NCBI GenBank assembly: GCA_041740355.1 | Contig: JBGSMD010000046.1 | Span: forward strand, 19,950 to 83,949 | Origin: Bdellovibrionota bacterium | GTDB taxonomy: Bacteria > Bdellovibrionota_C > UBA2361 > CALJRW01 | Direction of reading: 5' to 3' | DNA: 64,000 nucleotides | Part shown: positions 9,206 through 19,799 of the stretch, piece by piece | How positions within the stretch are numbered: the first letter of the stretch is position 1 | How the letters are laid out: each line of letters starts with the position of its first letter | Notes under the pieces: generated by a model | The model's database searches: none | Seen by the model: the letters and a program-made list of their open reading frames with translations, nothing else | Told to the model about the DNA's origin: nothing | Position numbers and translations under genes: made by a program

Positions 9206-11004
9206 GCCTCGGTTTTAGCGCACCAGCTTTTTTGTTATTAGCCATTCCGGTAATTGGAGGGCTAATCTATGCTTACTTAAATCGTGGGCAAGCTAAGCGG
9301 CAGATAGTTTCTAGCACGATCATATTTAAACAACTTAAGAATCGTCCTAGTGTTCGCCAGCGTATTCAGCTTCCTTGGAGGTTTTTTTATGAACTGCTGG
9401 CGCTGTTAATCTTAGTTTTATCAATTGCCGGATTTTATTGGCAATCGCCAGGCAAATACTGGCAAGTGATTATTGATAATTCACTCAGTCTTTCTGCTAT
9501 CGCCGATGCCAGTAGTTCTAAAAATATTTTAGCTTTAAATATTGCTCAATTAAAAAATGACTATCAGTCTAGGATTCGCAATTTTTCAGGAATTAAAGTC
9601 TGTGTAACGGCGCCAAGTTTTGAGTGCTGGTCAGATGGCTTTCAGACTTGGGATGAGGTGATTTCTAAGATTGAAGATTTAAAAATTCTACCAGCAAACG
9701 ATCTTTTGGAAAGTATTTTAAGTTCACTTACAACTTCACCCGATGTTGAATTGACAGTTTATAGCGATTATTTAAGCAACAGTAAGCAATCAAACAAACT
9801 AAAGCTATCTACGGTACGAAGCGGAGGACTCGGAAATATTGCAATCACTGAAATTTTGCTTAGGCCAAATCAGACAGTTAGTGTTGGCATCCAATCTTTC
9901 GTCAGTACCCCAGTTCAAAAGAAAGTTAAACTTTACTTGCTATCGGAAATTCAAGGGAAATTAGTCTTAACAGAGAGCAAAGAAAATAGTTTTAAACTTA
10001 ATCCAGATCAAAAGATTTTTGTTGATTTTAAAATTGCCAATGATGTCCGCGCGGTTATTGCCGAAATTGACTCTGAAAATCGCAGTCCAACAGTAGACGC
10101 TATTGGTAAAGATAATATTGCTTTTCAAGTGATCAATCCGCAAGTTCAAGCTGAGGTATTATTGGTTAGCGAGCGTTCAATTAGTGAAAGTGGTTTAGCC
10201 GTGGTTTTTGATGATAAGGTAAAATTACTATCGCCGACTGAATATCAGCAAGGAGCGACCAGTTCCAAGAAATATTCACTAATAATTTTTGATAATTATA
10301 TTCCTAAGGAATTCCCAAATTCCAATCATTTGATTATTGCCAGCAATTCAGAGCCTGGAATAATACAAACAGAATTGCAAAGATCTCCCCAGATTACTAC
10401 TTGGGATAAGGAAAGTGCCTTGTTGCGATATTTAACTCCCGATAATTTCCAATTTAAAAATGTTTGGTCAGCTAAACTTCCCAGTTGGTTCCATCCGGTT
10501 ATTTCCAGCAATAATCAAATAATCTTGGCCACTGGATTTTTAGGTCAAGTTAAATCTGTTTACCTGGGATTTCCGATTTTGCCTTTGGAACAAAGTAATA
10601 ATCAAGCAATATCGATTTTAAGCTTAAATACACTTAAGTGGTTAGAAGAAACCAGCGAAGCTCCAATTTCATTTGATCGGGAGACACTGGTTTATACATT
10701 AGTAGATCAAAAATTAGTTTCAGAAATACATTCTAATCAAGCTTCTAGTTTAATCGGAATTTTTTCATCCTCGGATGGAAAGGTAAAATCATATAACGCT
10801 AAGAATTTCTACTCAGAGGAAGAGTCCAATCTGAAAGTTGTTCGGAAGATCTCGATTCCAACATTGCTTATTTCCAAAGAGTCACAATTAGCAAACAGTT
10901 CCAATCCAAATTTGAACCAGTTAATCTGGTTTGTGTTAGTAATGATGTTGGCTGCTTTATACTCACCGCTTTTCATTTTTGATAAAAAAGGAAAAGAAAG
11001 GTGA
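9202..11004 (+). CDS. BatA-N (aerotolerance regulator N-terminal) domain membrane protein
   Basis: The N-terminus MSLGFSAPAFLLLAIPVIGGLIYAYLNRGQAKRQ...LPWRFFYELLALLILVLSIAGF matches the BatA_N pattern. The ATG at 9202 removes the overlap implied by the track's start at 9175. It has a C-terminal TM segment. Confidence 0.75.
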   Translation: MSLGFSAPAFLLLAIPVIGGLIYAYLNRGQAKRQIVSSTIIFKQLKNRPSVRQRIQLPWRFFYELLALLILVLSIAGFYWQSPGKYWQVIIDNSLSLSAIADASSSKNILALNIAQLKNDYQSRIRNFSGIKVCVTAPSFECWSDGFQTWDEVISKIEDLKILPANDLLESILSSLTTSPDVELTVYSDYLSNSKQSNKLKLSTVRSGGLGNIAITEILLRPNQTVSVGIQSFVSTPVQKKVKLYLLSEIQGKLVLTESKENSFKLNPDQKIFVDFKIANDVRAVIAEIDSENRSPTVDAIGKDNIAFQVINPQVQAEVLLVSERSISESGLAVVFDDKVKLLSPTEYQQGATSSKKYSLIIFDNYIPKEFPNSNHLIIASNSEPGIIQTELQRSPQITTWDKESALLRYLTPDNFQFKNVWSAKLPSWFHPVISSNNQIILATGFLGQVKSVYLGFPILPLEQSNNQAISILSLNTLKWLEETSEAPISFDRETLVYTLVDQKLVSEIHSNQASSLIGIFSSSDGKVKSYNAKNFYSEEESNLKVVRKISIPTLLISKESQLANSSNPNLNQLIWFVLVMMLAALYSPLFIFDKKGKER

Positions 11005-11165
11005 GCGAGCAAAATCCTGTTGCAGGCAGGTTATGCCTTAGAAAACACTACAAAACCCTACGCCAATTAGCGGTGAGTATTTGTTTTGTCTTCTGCGGCG
11101 CAACTTGGCTAAAGCCAAGATTACGCGCGCCCTCCGCAAATTTCATCTGCGAAGGGTTTGTTTGG
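10957..11165 (+). ncRNA. Copy 1 of a roughly 205-nt structured element ending in an intrinsic-terminator-like hairpin. Candidate cis-regulatory RNA or sRNA
   Basis: The second copy at 34424-34621 is about 85% identical. Three stems show compensatory changes between the copies. The element ends in ccctccgcaaatttcatctgcgaaggg + ttt. The ORF 11001..11189 overlapping it is not conserved in copy 2. Confidence 0.55.
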
Positions 11166-11185
11166 CGAAGGAGTAGTGTAATAAT

Positions 11186-13684
11186 ATGAGTCTTACCTTT
11201 AATAATTCTTCGTTACTTTTTTTAGTAATCCCATTGCTTGTGATATTTTTCTTGTTCAAGCAAGAAAAAAGCTTGCGAGTTAAAGTGCTGGAAACTTTAG
11301 CGCTAATGAGTTTAATTTTAGCACTTGCTCACCCAGTCTCTCGAACAATGATCAAAGCCGAGGGCGTGATTGTAGCAGTAGATCAATCGGCCAGTATTAC
11401 GCCGCAACTTGCTAGCGATTTTAATAAGCGTTTAGCAGAATTATCTTTACCAAAAGAAACTAAATTTGTTTCCTTTGCGGGAGGCTTGGGTTCCTTAGAA
11501 GCTAGCCTTAAAGAGGCTAATCAAACAAAACTAGATCGCACCAAGGCTAGTAATTTTGAAAATCTGATTAATTACTTTCCTCAGACTCCTCTTGTTTTAC
11601 TATCTGACGGACAAGAGAATTCCGGAAATGCAATTACGGCCTTACAGCTTCGCGGACGAGAAGCACCAATTTATCCAATTGTTCTGGAAGGGGAGGAGAT
11701 TGTCTCTGGATTTCAGATTGAGAAATTAGCGGTTCCGCTAATGTCTGATGCTGGGATTCGCCAAGACTTAACAGTCTTGTTTAAGAATTTCACAGCTGAA
11801 GAAGTTTCCGGAAAGATTCTGATTAAACAAGAGGAACAAGTTTTAAAAGAGGAAGATCGTGAATTGGCGGCGCAGGAGATTCTTAACTATTCGTTTTCAA
11901 CAAAAGAACTAAAACCAGGATTAAATAAATTTACTGTTGAATTTAAAGACGCCTCTGTTCCGACAAATTCGTTAGTATTTTATATTACGGGTAAAGAAAA
12001 GAATCAGGTTCTGATCCTGACCGACAGTGCTGCTGAGTCTAAGCTACTAGAGACCGCTTTATTAAATCAGAAATATAAAGTTGAATTACAAGACTCTTCT
12101 CAGAAGCATGTTGTCGTCGAGGACTTGGCTAAATATCAAATTATTTTCTTCAACAATATTCCCTTTAGATCTTTGCCCGATCCGCTAGTTGACTCATTAA
12201 AGGGCTACCTAAAACAAGGGGGCTCACTAATGATGTTAGGTGGGAATAAAAGCTTTGGACTTGGTGGCTATAAAGACACAGTAGTTGAGGAAATTTTACC
12301 AGTTAATGTTTTAAAGCCTGAAAAAATCCAACAACGAGTAAACGTTGCGGTAGCTCTAGTGCTCGATAAATCAGGTAGCATGAGAGCTAGCCAAAGAATG
12401 GATTACACCAAGTTGGCTTCGCGCTCAGTAATTGAGGCATTAAAAGATGATGATTATTTCGGACTAATTGGTTTTGATAATCAGCCATTTATTGCACTCA
12501 ATATGCAACAAATGAATGCTTCCAATAGAGAGAAAGCTGCTAAGCGTGTAGAGCTATTATTCCCTAATGGCGGAACAAGTCTTTATCCAGCAATGGATGT
12601 TGCTCGGCAAGAATTAGAATTGGCTAAGGCAGGAAGAAAACACATGATTATTCTAACCGATGGTCGCTTGCCGGATGAAGCACAGTTGGGGTCTAGTTAT
12701 CTGAATATGGCCCGAGAACTTAAGGCTACAAATATTTCTGTTTCTACTTTCTTAATTGGGAGTGATGATTCCACCTTATTAAAAGAGATTGCAACTTTTG
12801 GTGGGGGGAAATTTCACCAAACAATGGATGCACAAAGTCTGCCACGTTTATTTTTAGATGATGTGAAGATGAATACTGCTGAAAAAACGCAAAAAGAATT
12901 CTCGGAGTACCCTGTTAAAAAGTTTCCTGGATCCAGTAGTCGCTTAACTAAACTAACTGAGTTTCCAAGTCTTCTGGGATATGTAGAAACTAAAATTAAG
13001 AAGGGTGCAGAATTAGAATTAGTTACAACCGCTGTTAATGATGATCCAATTTTAGCTGGCTGGACCCACGAAGGTGGTCGCGTGGTCGCCTTCACTGGAG
13101 ATCTCTCTGGTCGTTGGTCAAAAAATTGGATTGTTTGGAAATCGATTTATGAGTTCTTAGAACAGGTTTTAAATTATTTGACTCCAAGCAAAGATGGACA
13201 TTTATTTTCAGATTTTGAATTTGATTATTTGATTAAAGGGCAGAGGCTACAACTTAACTTAACTACCTATCAAAGTTCTTTTCAGGTGGGAGATTTTCCA
13301 CTGAATATTACTTGGGCTGATGATTCTACGGAAGAACAAAGTTTTATGACTATAAGTAAAGGGTATTATCAGGCAGACATTGATGCTCCTGTAGCTGGAC
13401 TTGCTAAGGTTAAACTCGGAACCCCTGATGGCCGGGATCACCAATTTATTATTGACATTCCAAATCCTGACGAGGTTGAACGACCGATGGGTGTAAACCA
13501 AGCCTTCCTTAACTCATTAGCAAGTTTAAGTGGTGGTGAAATTAATCCAAAAGAAATTAAAGCCACTTCTGCCGCCCAGTCCAAGCAGACGGAGCAGTCT
13601 TGGCAGGTATCATTTTTACTAATGTCTTTAATTTTATTTCTGCTCGCGATCTGCGCACGAGAAGGTGTTTTCTCAAGGCGCTAG
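11186..13684 (+). CDS. BatA/BatB-like membrane protein with a BatA-N domain and a von Willebrand factor A domain
   Basis: The N-terminal TM/BatA_N region is MSLTFNNSSLLFLVIPLLVIFFLFKQEKSLR. The VWA core is VALVLDKSGSMRA...LFPNGGTSLYPAMDVARQ...HMIILTDG. It has a C-terminal TM segment. Confidence 0.85.
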   Translation: MSLTFNNSSLLFLVIPLLVIFFLFKQEKSLRVKVLETLALMSLILALAHPVSRTMIKAEGVIVAVDQSASITPQLASDFNKRLAELSLPKETKFVSFAGGLGSLEASLKEANQTKLDRTKASNFENLINYFPQTPLVLLSDGQENSGNAITALQLRGREAPIYPIVLEGEEIVSGFQIEKLAVPLMSDAGIRQDLTVLFKNFTAEEVSGKILIKQEEQVLKEEDRELAAQEILNYSFSTKELKPGLNKFTVEFKDASVPTNSLVFYITGKEKNQVLILTDSAAESKLLETALLNQKYKVELQDSSQKHVVVEDLAKYQIIFFNNIPFRSLPDPLVDSLKGYLKQGGSLMMLGGNKSFGLGGYKDTVVEEILPVNVLKPEKIQQRVNVAVALVLDKSGSMRASQRMDYTKLASRSVIEALKDDDYFGLIGFDNQPFIALNMQQMNASNREKAAKRVELLFPNGGTSLYPAMDVARQELELAKAGRKHMIILTDGRLPDEAQLGSSYLNMARELKATNISVSTFLIGSDDSTLLKEIATFGGGKFHQTMDAQSLPRLFLDDVKMNTAEKTQKEFSEYPVKKFPGSSSRLTKLTEFPSLLGYVETKIKKGAELELVTTAVNDDPILAGWTHEGGRVVAFTGDLSGRWSKNWIVWKSIYEFLEQVLNYLTPSKDGHLFSDFEFDYLIKGQRLQLNLTTYQSSFQVGDFPLNITWADDSTEEQSFMTISKGYYQADIDAPVAGLAKVKLGTPDGRDHQFIIDIPNPDEVERPMGVNQAFLNSLASLSGGEINPKEIKATSAAQSKQTEQSWQVSFLLMSLILFLLAICAREGVFSRR

Positions 13685-13701
13685 TAATAAAAACTCTGTT
13701 T

Positions 13702-14670
13702 TTAAAGAGACTCTAAGTAGCGTTCAGCTTCAATCGAAGCCATACAACCGCTACCAGCTGCAGTGATCGCCTGACGATAAACTTTATCGCGAACATCACC
13801 ACAAGCAAAAACACCGGGGATTTTTGTTTTAGTAGAATCCGGCGAAGTAATAATATATCCATCTGTATCTAGATCTAGCTGTGTCTCAAATAATTGTGAA
13901 TTTGGGACATGGCCAATTGCCATAAAAATTCCTGAAATTTCCAGTTCGCTTTTTGATTGATCTAAGGTGTTTGTTAGAATTATTTTTTTTAAACCTGCTG
14001 GTTTTTCACCAACTAATTCACTAACAGCACTATTCCAGACAAGCTCAATTTTTGGATTTTTAAATACTCTATCTTGCATGATTTTAGATGCTCGGAGCTG
14101 ATCGCGGCGATGGATTAAGTAAACTTTCTTAGCAAAGCGAGTTAAGAAGAGCGCTTCTTCGCAGGCAGAATCACCACCTCCAACTACCGCAATAGTTTGC
14201 TCACGATAAAAAGCGCCATCGCAAGTTGCGCAGGTAGACACTCCAAAACCAATTAAACTTTTTTCGTTGGGAAGATCTAAATATCTAGGATTAGCACCGG
14301 TAGCAATAATTATGGTATCAGTTGTAAATGTCTCTTCAGCAGTTTTAATTTTATATGGCTTAACTGTTAAATCTACCGCTTCGACCAGAGCAGTTTTAAT
14401 ATTACATCCAAAACGCTTGGCTTGGTTTTCCATTTCTTGCATTAGGTCAGGACCAAGGATTCCATCAACAAATCCCGGATAGTTTTCTACCTCGGTAGTT
14501 GTTGTTAGCTGGCCACCAGGCATGCTGCCTTGAATTAAAAGGGGAGCTAGATTTGCACGAGCAGAATAAATTGCAGCAGTGTATCCTGCAGGTCCCGAAC
14601 CAATGATAATAATGTGGTGATGTTGAGTGCTCATAAGTGTTACGTTAATGATTCTTGATAAATTCCGCAA
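13702..14670 (-). CDS. trxB: Thioredoxin-disulfide reductase
   Basis: FAD motif IIIGSGPAGYTAAIYSAR, redox-active CATCDG, and NADPH motif VVGGGDSA. Confidence 0.95.
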   Translation of the reverse strand: MRNLSRIINVTLMSTQHHHIIIIGSGPAGYTAAIYSARANLAPLLIQGSMPGGQLTTTTEVENYPGFVDGILGPDLMQEMENQAKRFGCNIKTALVEAVDLTVKPYKIKTAEETFTTDTIIIATGANPRYLDLPNEKSLIGFGVSTCATCDGAFYREQTIAVVGGGDSACEEALFLTRFAKKVYLIHRRDQLRASKIMQDRVFKNPKIELVWNSAVSELVGEKPAGLKKIILTNTLDQSKSELEISGIFMAIGHVPNSQLFETQLDLDTDGYIITSPDSTKTKIPGVFACGDVRDKVYRQAITAAGSGCMASIEAERYLESL

Positions 14671-15352
14671 GGTAACTTGGAATAGACGCTGTAAATTCAG
14701 TTTTATTACAATAAGAATTTTTTGGTACTTTAAGTGCTAAGCCATGTAGCAAAAATTTTGGAAATTCATTTAAATCATAATTGCTAAAAGATTTATCACT
14801 GCCATAAAGCGAGTCGCCAAGTAAAGGAATATTCAAAAAACCAGCTTGAGCACGGACTTGATGCCGACGACCAAAACAAGTCTGAGCTTTTATTAAATAA
14901 AGTTTTTTAGAAATAATTTCTTGTTCTACTGAAAATAGTGTTTCTGCATAAAGTGCTCGCGGGATAGGATCTTCCGAAATACTTATTTTTTTACTCCCCC
15001 GATAGCGAGAGTATAGATAATTTTTCACCCAGGTAGGCTGACTAATCCCTCGTTCGCTTAAAAATAAATACTCCTTGGCCAGTTGGTGATTTTTAATTTT
15101 TTCTTTAAAGAAATTAAAAGCAGGAATTGTTTTGGCAACAAGAAAGCATCCGGAAGTTTCATAATCAAGTCGTTGAAGCAAGCCACCTTCCTCGTTAATT
15201 AATAAATTTTGCGGATAAGAATTTTTTATAAACTCTGCAATTGTATTCTCTGAGTTTTTACCAAAAGTAGAATGTACTTCGGCCGGCTTATTAATTACTA
15301 AGATACTTTCATTTTCAAAGATGATTTGGTAGCCTGCCTTTTTCTTTTCCAT
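14645..15352 (-). CDS. RluA-family pseudouridine synthase
   Basis: The catalytic motif HRLDYETSGCFLVAK (HRLDxxTSG) is present. Confidence 0.85.
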   Translation of the reverse strand: MEKKKAGYQIIFENESILVINKPAEVHSTFGKNSENTIAEFIKNSYPQNLLINEEGGLLQRLDYETSGCFLVAKTIPAFNFFKEKIKNHQLAKEYLFLSERGISQPTWVKNYLYSRYRGSKKISISEDPIPRALYAETLFSVEQEIISKKLYLIKAQTCFGRRHQVRAQAGFLNIPLLGDSLYGSDKSFSNYDLNEFPKFLLHGLALKVPKNSYCNKTEFTASIPSYLAEFIKNH

Positions 15353-15368
15353 ATATCAGACTAATTTA

Positions 15369-15851
15369 ATGAAGAATCTAACTTTAAAGCAAGTGCTTCA
15401 AAAATACTCCGAGGGTCCGCAAACAGGAATTTTCACAGATGGTGGATCTCGGCCCAATCCTGGACCTGGTGGATGGGGCGTTGTTCGTGTCGCTAATGGA
15501 GAAGTAGTGCAGCAGCTCTATGGCTCAGATCCAATGACTACTAACAATCGAATGGAAATGACTGCTATTATTAATGCCTTAAAGTCTATTTCTGTAGATG
15601 AAGATGTAACAATCTACGCGGACAGTCAGCTCTGTATTAATACGCTCACAGTCTGGGCTAAGTCTTGGGAGCGTAATGCTTGGAAAAAGAAAGGTGGAGA
15701 GATTAAGAATCTAGATTTAGTTCAAGAAGCTTATGCCTTGTTTCAAGAACGACCACGCACACGATTTGAATGGATTGCCGGCCATGGTGGTTGGTTGTGG
15801 AATGAATACGTTGATTCTCTGTCTGCTGCCTGGGCTAGAGAAGTTCTGTAG
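15369..15851 (+). CDS. rnhA: Ribonuclease HI
   Basis: IFTDGGSRPNPGPGGWGVV...NNRMEMTAIINAL...YADSQLCIN...WIAGHGG is the canonical RNase H. Confidence 0.9.
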   Translation: MKNLTLKQVLQKYSEGPQTGIFTDGGSRPNPGPGGWGVVRVANGEVVQQLYGSDPMTTNNRMEMTAIINALKSISVDEDVTIYADSQLCINTLTVWAKSWERNAWKKKGGEIKNLDLVQEAYALFQERPRTRFEWIAGHGGWLWNEYVDSLSAAWAREVL

Positions 15852-15853
15852 TT

Positions 15854-15921
15854 CTCCCCTTTTGGGACAAAGAATCTCGAGCCATTTAAACATTCTGATG
15901 TAAAATGTCCCAAAAGGGGAG
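15854..15921. terminator. Long inverted repeat between the convergent rnhA and SLT genes. Candidate bidirectional terminator
   Basis: The arm ctccccttttgggaca pairs with tgtcccaaaaggggag (16 bp) across a roughly 36-nt loop, with T/A runs on both sides. Confidence 0.5.
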
Positions 15922-15925
15922 GGTG

Positions 15926-16825
15926 CTATTGCTCTAGCTCCACAACCTGAGTAAGGATTTTTCCCAGATACTGATTCGTTAAGTTCTCATTTCCTAGTTT
16001 AGAAAATTTCTTAATCGCTTCTTCCCAAGTTCCAGCGGCGGCTTTTTTTTCTACTAATAATTGCAGACCTAAGCGGATGTTATAAATCGGATGATATAAA
16101 CTCACCGTTCCTAAGAAGGGCAAATTAATTTTTTTAGTAATTAATTTAGCTTCATCTGGATGGATTTGTAATAGACCCACTCGACCATTGCTACTTTCCG
16201 AGTAGCGATTAAATTGTGATTCCAAACTAATTAATAGAGTTGTTATGATTGGGTTAAGTTTAATTGCCTGACTTTCGGTAATGATAATTGTTGCTAATTC
16301 CTCGGAATTTAAATTAGCAATCTTTTGTTTGGCTATATATTTGGCAATAAATACTTGATAATTTTTACTTTGATCAAAATCAAAAATCTTATTGGAATTT
16401 TCTAACGAGGGACTTACGATGGGCTCTAGGGTATCGGTTGTAACTTCAGCTATTACTGTTTCCAAGGAGATCTTTGGTGTTGGTTCCGGAGTAACAGTAA
16501 GCTCCTGATTCTTAATTTCAGTCTCTTTAATTTCTGAGACTATCGAATCTTTAATGATCTTGTCTGGAAATATTTCCCCTTCCTTTTTAAAAAGTCCTTT
16601 CAATAATTCTGACTTTTCAAAGTCTTCGATTGACTTTGTATTTCCTTCTACCACTTGATTAATTACTGGGTTATCTGGATTACTCTCTGCTGATTGTTTC
16701 TTTTTAGATAATACTTTCAGGCTTCCTAGGAGTAGTACTGAAAGGAAGAAGCAAAATACAGCTAGCCTGATAGCTACTTTAAAATAACTCAAATGATTAT
16801 TTGGTTGATGTTCCAATGATGTCAT
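15926..16825 (-). CDS. Lytic transglycosylase (SLT domain) membrane-anchored protein
   Basis: The C-terminal SLT-like region is SESSNGRVGLLQIHPDEAKLITKK...YHPIYNIRLGLQLL. There is an N-terminal TM segment. Confidence 0.7.
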   Translation of the reverse strand: MTSLEHQPNNHLSYFKVAIRLAVFCFFLSVLLLGSLKVLSKKKQSAESNPDNPVINQVVEGNTKSIEDFEKSELLKGLFKKEGEIFPDKIIKDSIVSEIKETEIKNQELTVTPEPTPKISLETVIAEVTTDTLEPIVSPSLENSNKIFDFDQSKNYQVFIAKYIAKQKIANLNSEELATIIITESQAIKLNPIITTLLISLESQFNRYSESSNGRVGLLQIHPDEAKLITKKINLPFLGTVSLYHPIYNIRLGLQLLVEKKAAAGTWEEAIKKFSKLGNENLTNQYLGKILTQVVELEQ

Positions 16826-16840
16826 TAAGACTTTGCCGGA

Positions 16841-17740
16841 TTAAATTGTTTGCAAGATGCTGATATCTTTTTTGCCAGAGTGTTGGGTGTAAGCATGCTT
16901 CCAATTATCCCTTAGTTTTTGAATTTTGGCACTGTAACTAATGCTAACGCTTGGAGGATTCTTACCTTTCATTACATTATTAGGCCCCCAGTTATAGGCT
17001 AAAAGCATCTTATGAGTATTCCCAGAAAATATTTTCTTAAGATATTGAATGTACGATATTCCTAATCTTAAGTTGACGGTAGGATTATCTAAAGTGTGTA
17101 AACCTTTCCACTGATAGTTAATTTTTCTAGCAATGTATTCTCCAGTTTTTGGCATTATTTGCATTAGGCCTCTCGCACCAACATTTGATCTAGCATGTGT
17201 GCGAAAAGAGCTTTCTGAAAAGACTACAGCTGCTACGAAAAAAGGATCTTCGTTGGCGATTAAACTCTCACTAATGATTTTAAATGCCAATTCTTCCGGG
17301 TTAGAAATATCATATTTTGTTTTGCTGATAATTTCTTCGCTAAAAAAGGAAATTAGCTGGGCAAACTCTAATTGCGAGTGATGATCTCCCGGAACGAATT
17401 CGATAATTGGTGATTTTCGAGAAATAAAACCAGTTTGAAGAGTAAAGTCACTCCAATAGTCATTAGTAGCAAGGATTTCTAAGGAAGATGATAACTTATT
17501 ATTAACAGCGAGTGGGATTGCAATAATGATCAGACTAGCAATCGCTAGAAATAAACACAGGATTCCAAGATCTAGTTTTGTAATCTTGGATTGGACTTCA
17601 GCATTGCTATCTAGTGATAATAACTCTTCAACAACCAGCTTATCATTAATAAAACCTGCTAAATCCATATAATAACATCGGATTTTGAATAGTATTTGCT
17701 TCAGCATAAGATTTCTAGTAAAATCAAGTATTTGTGGCAC
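16841..17740 (-). CDS. Lytic transglycosylase (SLT domain) membrane-anchored protein
   Basis: [25 protein letters not shown]...[12 protein letters not shown] carries the canonical SLT GLMQ motif. The start could be the internal MDLAGF. Confidence 0.85.
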   Translation of the reverse strand: MPQILDFTRNLMLKQILFKIRCYYMDLAGFINDKLVVEELLSLDSNAEVQSKITKLDLGILCLFLAIASLIIIAIPLAVNNKLSSSLEILATNDYWSDFTLQTGFISRKSPIIEFVPGDHHSQLEFAQLISFFSEEIISKTKYDISNPEELAFKIISESLIANEDPFFVAAVVFSESSFRTHARSNVGARGLMQIMPKTGEYIARKINYQWKGLHTLDNPTVNLRLGISYIQYLKKIFSGNTHKMLLAYNWGPNNVMKGKNPPSVSISYSAKIQKLRDNWKHAYTQHSGKKDISILQTI

Positions 17741-17799
17741 TCAAATCATTGGCATATTTAGCCCTTGAGTTAGATGAACCTTTTTGCACGGCTAGATTC

Positions 17800-19677
17800 A
17801 TGAATTATTCAGTTATCGTTATCGGTGGAGGGCATGCAGGAGTTGAAGCTGCTGCTGCTGCCTGTCGTTTGGGTGCAACAGTTGCCTTGGTAACTCTTCG
17901 AAAAGAAGGTATCGGACAAATGTCCTGTAACCCAGCAATTGGTGGTTTAGGTAAAGGCCAATTAGTCAAAGAAGTTGATGCGCTAGGAGGTTTGATGGGC
18001 CAAGCTATTGATAATACTGGAGTTCAATTCAGGATTCTAAACTCCAGCCGTGGGCCTGCTGTCCAATCATCCAGAGCTCAAGCAGACCGCACATTATACA
18101 AAGAAGAGATTCAAAGACTCCTAGGATTACTGCCAAACTTAGATATTATTGAAGGTGAGGTTGCTCAGATTTTAGCTAATAATCATGAGGTAAAGGGTAT
18201 TGTACTTAAGGATGGTTTGCAGCTGCATTCTTCAAACATTGTTCTAACTTCGGGCACTTTTCTTCGTGGGCTGATGCATACAGGTTCTAATATTACTCCA
18301 GGTGGTCGACATGGGGATATTTCCTCTAACAATTTAAGTGATTCTTTAAAGGATCTTGGTTTTGAACTGGGCAGGTTAAAAACTGGAACACCTGCAAGGT
18401 TGCGACTTTCTTCGATTGATTTCTCGAAAACTGAAGAGCAATGCGGTGATTTAGTTCCCCAACCTTTTTCGATGCTAACGAAGAAGATTGATCGAAAACA
18501 AATTTCTTGTTGGATTACCAGTACCTCAGAGGCAACCCACGAGATTATTCGCACAAACAAAGAGCGCAGTCCGATGTTTAATGGTCAAATAAAATCCGGC
18601 GGTCCAAGATACTGCCCATCAATTGAAGATAAGGTTTTTCGTTTCACAGATAAAAATAGTCATCATGTATTTTTAGAACCAGAAGGTTATGATTCGGACA
18701 TTGTCTATCCCAATGGAATCTCCACAAGTTTACCTTTAGATGTTCAAGATAAATTTATTCGAACTATTCCAGGTTTGGAAAATGTTGAAATTCTTGTTCC
18801 TGGATATGCTGTGGAATATGACATGGTCGATCCACGAAACTTGAAACCAACTTTAGAAACAAAATTAATTGCTGGATTATATTTTGCAGGACAGATTAAC
18901 GGCACTTCCGGATATGAAGAAGCCGCAGGACAAGGAGTAGTTGCCGGAGCAAATGCAGCACTTAGATTTCAAGAACAAGAGCAACTAATTCTTTCCAGAG
19001 CCGAGGCTTACATTGGGGTGATGATTGATGATCTAATTAGTAAAGGCGTTGATGAGCCTTATCGAATGTTCACCTCGCGCGCTGAGTATCGACTGATACT
19101 TAGAGAGGACAACGTTTCTTTACGATTGTGCCCTAAGGCAATCGAGCTAGGTCTATTATCAGAGGCAGGTATTGTTCGTTATCAAGAACTGCAAGCAGCT
19201 TACGATCAACTGAGCCTTAATATTGAACAAGAACGAATTTCTCCAAAACGACATCAGGATATAATTGAAAAGCTACCAACAAGCAGTGAAGTCAAAGATG
19301 GAACAAAGGTTGCTGATTTAGTTCGTCGGCCTGAGCTTAAGCTCGAACAAATATTAGAATTTTTCCCAGATTGGGGAATTTTTCCAAGTCAAATTATTAC
19401 AATGGTAGAAACGCAGTTAAAATTTTCTGGTTATATTAAAAGACAAGAGTCCGAGATTGAGCAGCTAAAAAAAGCTGAGCGGCAATTAATTCCGGAAGGC
19501 TTCGCTTACCACAACGTGTCTGGACTTCGAGAAGAATTTAAACAAAAACTTTCTCTTGCTCGACCTCATTCGCTGGGTCAAGCAATGCGCATACCGGGAA
19601 TGACACCAAGTGCCGTGAGTCTATTATCAATTAGCTTGAAAAAGTCTTTGTCGCAGGAAGCTCCGCAGTTAAACTAA
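17800..19677 (+). CDS. mnmG: tRNA uridine-5-carboxymethylaminomethyl modification enzyme MnmG (GidA)
   Basis: [21 protein letters not shown]...CNPAIGG...[10 protein letters not shown]; the length and motifs are canonical. The start was moved to the ATG at 17800 to match family N-termini and to avoid overlap with the divergent gene. Confidence 0.95.
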   Translation: MNYSVIVIGGGHAGVEAAAAACRLGATVALVTLRKEGIGQMSCNPAIGGLGKGQLVKEVDALGGLMGQAIDNTGVQFRILNSSRGPAVQSSRAQADRTLYKEEIQRLLGLLPNLDIIEGEVAQILANNHEVKGIVLKDGLQLHSSNIVLTSGTFLRGLMHTGSNITPGGRHGDISSNNLSDSLKDLGFELGRLKTGTPARLRLSSIDFSKTEEQCGDLVPQPFSMLTKKIDRKQISCWITSTSEATHEIIRTNKERSPMFNGQIKSGGPRYCPSIEDKVFRFTDKNSHHVFLEPEGYDSDIVYPNGISTSLPLDVQDKFIRTIPGLENVEILVPGYAVEYDMVDPRNLKPTLETKLIAGLYFAGQINGTSGYEEAAGQGVVAGANAALRFQEQEQLILSRAEAYIGVMIDDLISKGVDEPYRMFTSRAEYRLILREDNVSLRLCPKAIELGLLSEAGIVRYQELQAAYDQLSLNIEQERISPKRHQDIIEKLPTSSEVKDGTKVADLVRRPELKLEQILEFFPDWGIFPSQIITMVETQLKFSGYIKRQESEIEQLKKAERQLIPEGFAYHNVSGLREEFKQKLSLARPHSLGQAMRIPGMTPSAVSLLSISLKKSLSQEAPQLN

Positions 19678-19799
19678 CACATAAGATCTCTGGCAATATA
19701 TTTTCGAACAAAAATCCTAGAAAGTTATTAATAAAAACTTATTATATTATCCAAAAAAATTAATTGCTTATTAATAAAATAAGGTAAGCTGTTTTTTTG

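Noticed and set aside
11001-11189. 62-aa ORF between the two BatA-type genes
   Set aside because: It lies wholly inside the duplicated RNA-like element. The same frame is disrupted by a stop in copy 2, so the conservation is at the nucleotide and structure level.
17133-18560. ORFs antisense to the SLT gene (17133..17381 +) and to mnmG (18183..18560 -)
   Set aside because: They are embedded opposite strongly conserved genes.
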